The translations under genes were made by a program, and so were the position numbers. 64,000 nucleotides of DNA from Camelus ferus (Eukaryota), in assembly GCF_009834535.1 (NCBI RefSeq), contig NC_045697.1:99326001-99390000 (forward strand), read 5' to 3'. The notes below the pieces were generated by a model, which searched no databases, was not told the origin of the DNA, and saw nothing but the letters and a program-made list of their open reading frames with translations. Shown in pieces: positions 61,312-64,000 of this stretch; position 1 is the stretch's first letter, and every line of letters starts with the position of its first letter.

Positions 61312-62779
61312 CTGTGAGGAAATTCTGGAGGCAAAGAGATCAGGAAAGGCTGGTGGAGAAAGAAGGAAGAGGAAAAGAAATGAGGGAGCAGCCCAAATCC
61401 CTTTATTCAAGTCCCCGTGGCTCTGCCCACCAGTTACCCAGGAATCACGCAGGATATGGGCCTGTGCATGCATGGAGCCTTCTTAGAGTGCAGCTAAGTC
61501 ACTTCTAAGTCCAGTCCAGCAGCAGATCTGGGGCCGCAGGGCAACAGACAGAAACTGTCACCTCTCCATTGCCCTGCCCGCTCACAACCACCATCCTCCA
61601 GAAAGAGGTCGTCTCTGGGGCAGTGACTGGGAACAACCACGCTGGGTTTACTTTTTGCCTCTGCAATTTTACCTCTCTGTTTCTGAAAGTTAAGAAGGCA
61701 CTACCTACCTTCACCTTCTTTTATTTTGGTTGGGTGTTTTGTTTGTAGAGTCTGAGTTCAATGATTACCAAATAGGAAAGGAATTATTCATCCTATTCCA
61801 CAAAAAGGGTTCTTTTCACTTGAACATCTGTTTTCAGAAATCTCAAGGGTACACATACTTAACTACCAACAGACAACCCTCCATGAGATTATCCTGAAGC
61901 AGGTACTGAGGATCTGAATGGGAGGAGGCACTCGTCAGAAGTGACTGTCTTTGCAAAGTCTCAAAATGGACTCATCCTGGGACCCCGTTTTTCAAAATCA
62001 TTTGTTCGTCAGATTCACTTCCTAGTCTAGCTTCCTGGAAGTAGACTACCTTACATGTGCCTCAATTTCTGGTTCTACATTCCTAAGAACCAGAAAGTAG
62101 AAGTCAGTAAGAGAAGAAGGGTGGTTGCTTTCATGTATGACTCTTACTGACGGCCTGATGTGTACTAACCAAGTCTGTTAAAGGAAATGCCCACTTTTGC
62201 TATGTCTCTTTGGACAAAAAGTTCTCAATAAATGGGAAGTAGAATGAATCTCTAAATAAAGTGTAAATGCAGTCTTGACCTAATTCATCATGCAAATTAA
62301 GAAGTCGGACATAGCAGAGGTTACTGCACATCTAAGGCAGCCATGTTAAACCTATAACTTTCTTAGTCCAGAGAACGTTAATAACTCAAATCATCCTAAC
62401 AGAGCACCTCTCCCAACAGGTGTTGCCTATCAGGCTACAAAGCTCACTTTGTCAGAGCAATTTCAGCTCGAGTTAGAGAACAACTAGTTATACAACTTGA
62501 TCTCATTGAAATATTTGGTGCCTGCTGATATGTTCAAACAAATTCACCAGATCTTGATTATGTTCTGGCAATTAAAGCTATTAAGTCAGTAGATAGACAG
62601 CAGGTTATTTCATTGCTGGTTGAAAAAGCCAGCTTTCTTTTCTCCCCTTTTTATGTGACAGCACTGTAATTAGCCTTAATCAAATACCATTTGTGTTAGG
62701 TGCTGTAACTTTGCTTCCTACGCCAGGAAACTCTGCCAGTCAGGGAGAAGGAGAAATACAACTCTCGTCAAAAATCAAG

Positions 62780-62885
62780 AGAGATGGCTGGGCATGAGGT
62801 ATATGGGAACTCTCTGTACAACCTTCACAACTTTTCTGTAAATCTGGAACTGTTGCCAAATAGACTTTAATTTTAAAAAGTAAGA
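62780..62885 (+). mobile_element. Old L1 3' terminus
   Basis: ggtatatgggaactctctgtac...caacttttctgtaaatct. Confidence 0.75.
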
Positions 62886-63221
62886 AAGAGGGAAGAAGAG
62901 AGAATGAGAAAGAGAACTGATATTTAATGTGAGGCTTCAACTTTACCATGTAAAATTAAGCCTTAGAAATCATCAAATAGTCCAGAAAATATGGTTCCCT
63001 TTGGAAATTCCAGGTTATTCGTTCTTTACATTGGGGGTTCTGCTGTGATTCTTTTTTTTTTTTTTTTTTTTTTTAACCTCTGCAAGTAAGTCTGTAATGG
63101 AAACTAGAGCCAGGTGAAGGGAAAGCCATTTATCTAAACTTCTAGTTTGTTTCTCTTAAACCCACCATTTCTTTCAAAGAGCTTTCAAAGAGCTCTTCAG
63201 ATAGTCAGTGAACTGGTGAGG

Positions 63222-63382
63222 CAGTGTTTCCTAAACCTTAATGTTCATGCCAGTCACCTGGGGATCTTGTGCAACTACACATTCTGATTCGTTAGGGTTC
63301 AAGTGGCCTGCAAGATTCTGTATTTGTAGCAAGCTCCTAGTTGGTGCCAGAGCTGCTGGTCCACACTTTTGAGTAGCCAGGG
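63222..63382. mobile_element. MER5-type hAT MITE
   Basis: cagtgtttcctaaacc...tcacctggggatcttgt...attctgattc...gctgctggtccacacttttgagtagc. Confidence 0.8.
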
Positions 63383-64000
63383 TGTAAGGAATAGTAACTG
63401 GGGGAGTGGTTGCACCCAGCCAGAAACAGAATCACAATATCTTGCCTATATGGCTGACAACGAGAAGTCTGGGTGAAGTAGTGCCCAACAAAACAGAAAA
63501 ACATTTTCTACTTTCCTTGGCCAATAACCCCTTGTGTCAAAATTTTTAAATACATCAGTAGAATGGAATTATACCAGGGGGTCAGACTGTCTACTAGCTC
63601 AGAGGACCCCAATAACAGAAGTAACTATTCTTGCTCAAACTGTCCCAGCCGTGATAGGGGGGGAATCAGGGAAAATGGGTGGTGGGGAGAGGGGTGGGAG
63701 GAAGCAGTTATCTGGGTTTTGTTTCTTATTTTAACTTTATGTCTCCTCATACTTCAAATTCTGTATCTGTAAAATGTTAGCTATTACAACTGGTACTACT
63801 TTGAGGTTAAGGCAAAACTGTCATGGAACCAGAGCCTCCCCAGCAGCACCATGTCATGTTAAGAGATGGATCTGAGCTCTGTTCCAGGAGGGGGACCACT
63901 GCAAGACGGAGGACCCCTGGCCCTGCATGTGATATTCACTTGATAAAGATATGATTCACGTTATTCTACCCAAAATGGGAAGACCGGGCCACTGGCTACT

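Noticed and set aside
1..64000. ORFs in the supplied six-frame track as genes
   Set aside because: All are short, many start at GTG/TTG, and none shows a recognisable domain; many are microsatellite or repeat translations. This is expected by chance in mammalian non-coding DNA.

Overview
This is non-coding mammalian genomic DNA, most likely from a camelid (camel, alpaca or llama). It carries three copies of a tRNA-derived SINE resembling the camelid Vic-1 family and cetartiodactyl-type L1 3' UTRs, and I recognised no Alu, BovB/Bov-tA, PRE-1 or CAN-SINE. No recognisable protein-coding gene, RNA gene or CRISPR array is present, and the supplied ORFs are chance ORFs or repeat-derived. Interspersed repeats are abundant: 5'-truncated L1s (two with clear TSDs), MaLR/MLT solo LTRs, L2, MIR, L3/CR1, hAT and Tigger MITEs, plus microsatellites. 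Most L1 and LTR copies lie on the + strand, which suggests an intron or 5' region of a large gene transcribed on the - strand. Repeat-free, mildly CpG-enriched islands (about 4.5-6.3, 26.4-29.0 and 37.7-38.8 kb) contain promoter-like motifs and strong minus-strand splice donors, consistent with a set of alternative first exons. I could not name the host gene. Repeat family names come from remembered consensus sequences, and boundaries without TSDs are approximate. I found no convincing novel biological system; the best leads are the candidate alternative promoters/exons and a few structural oddities.
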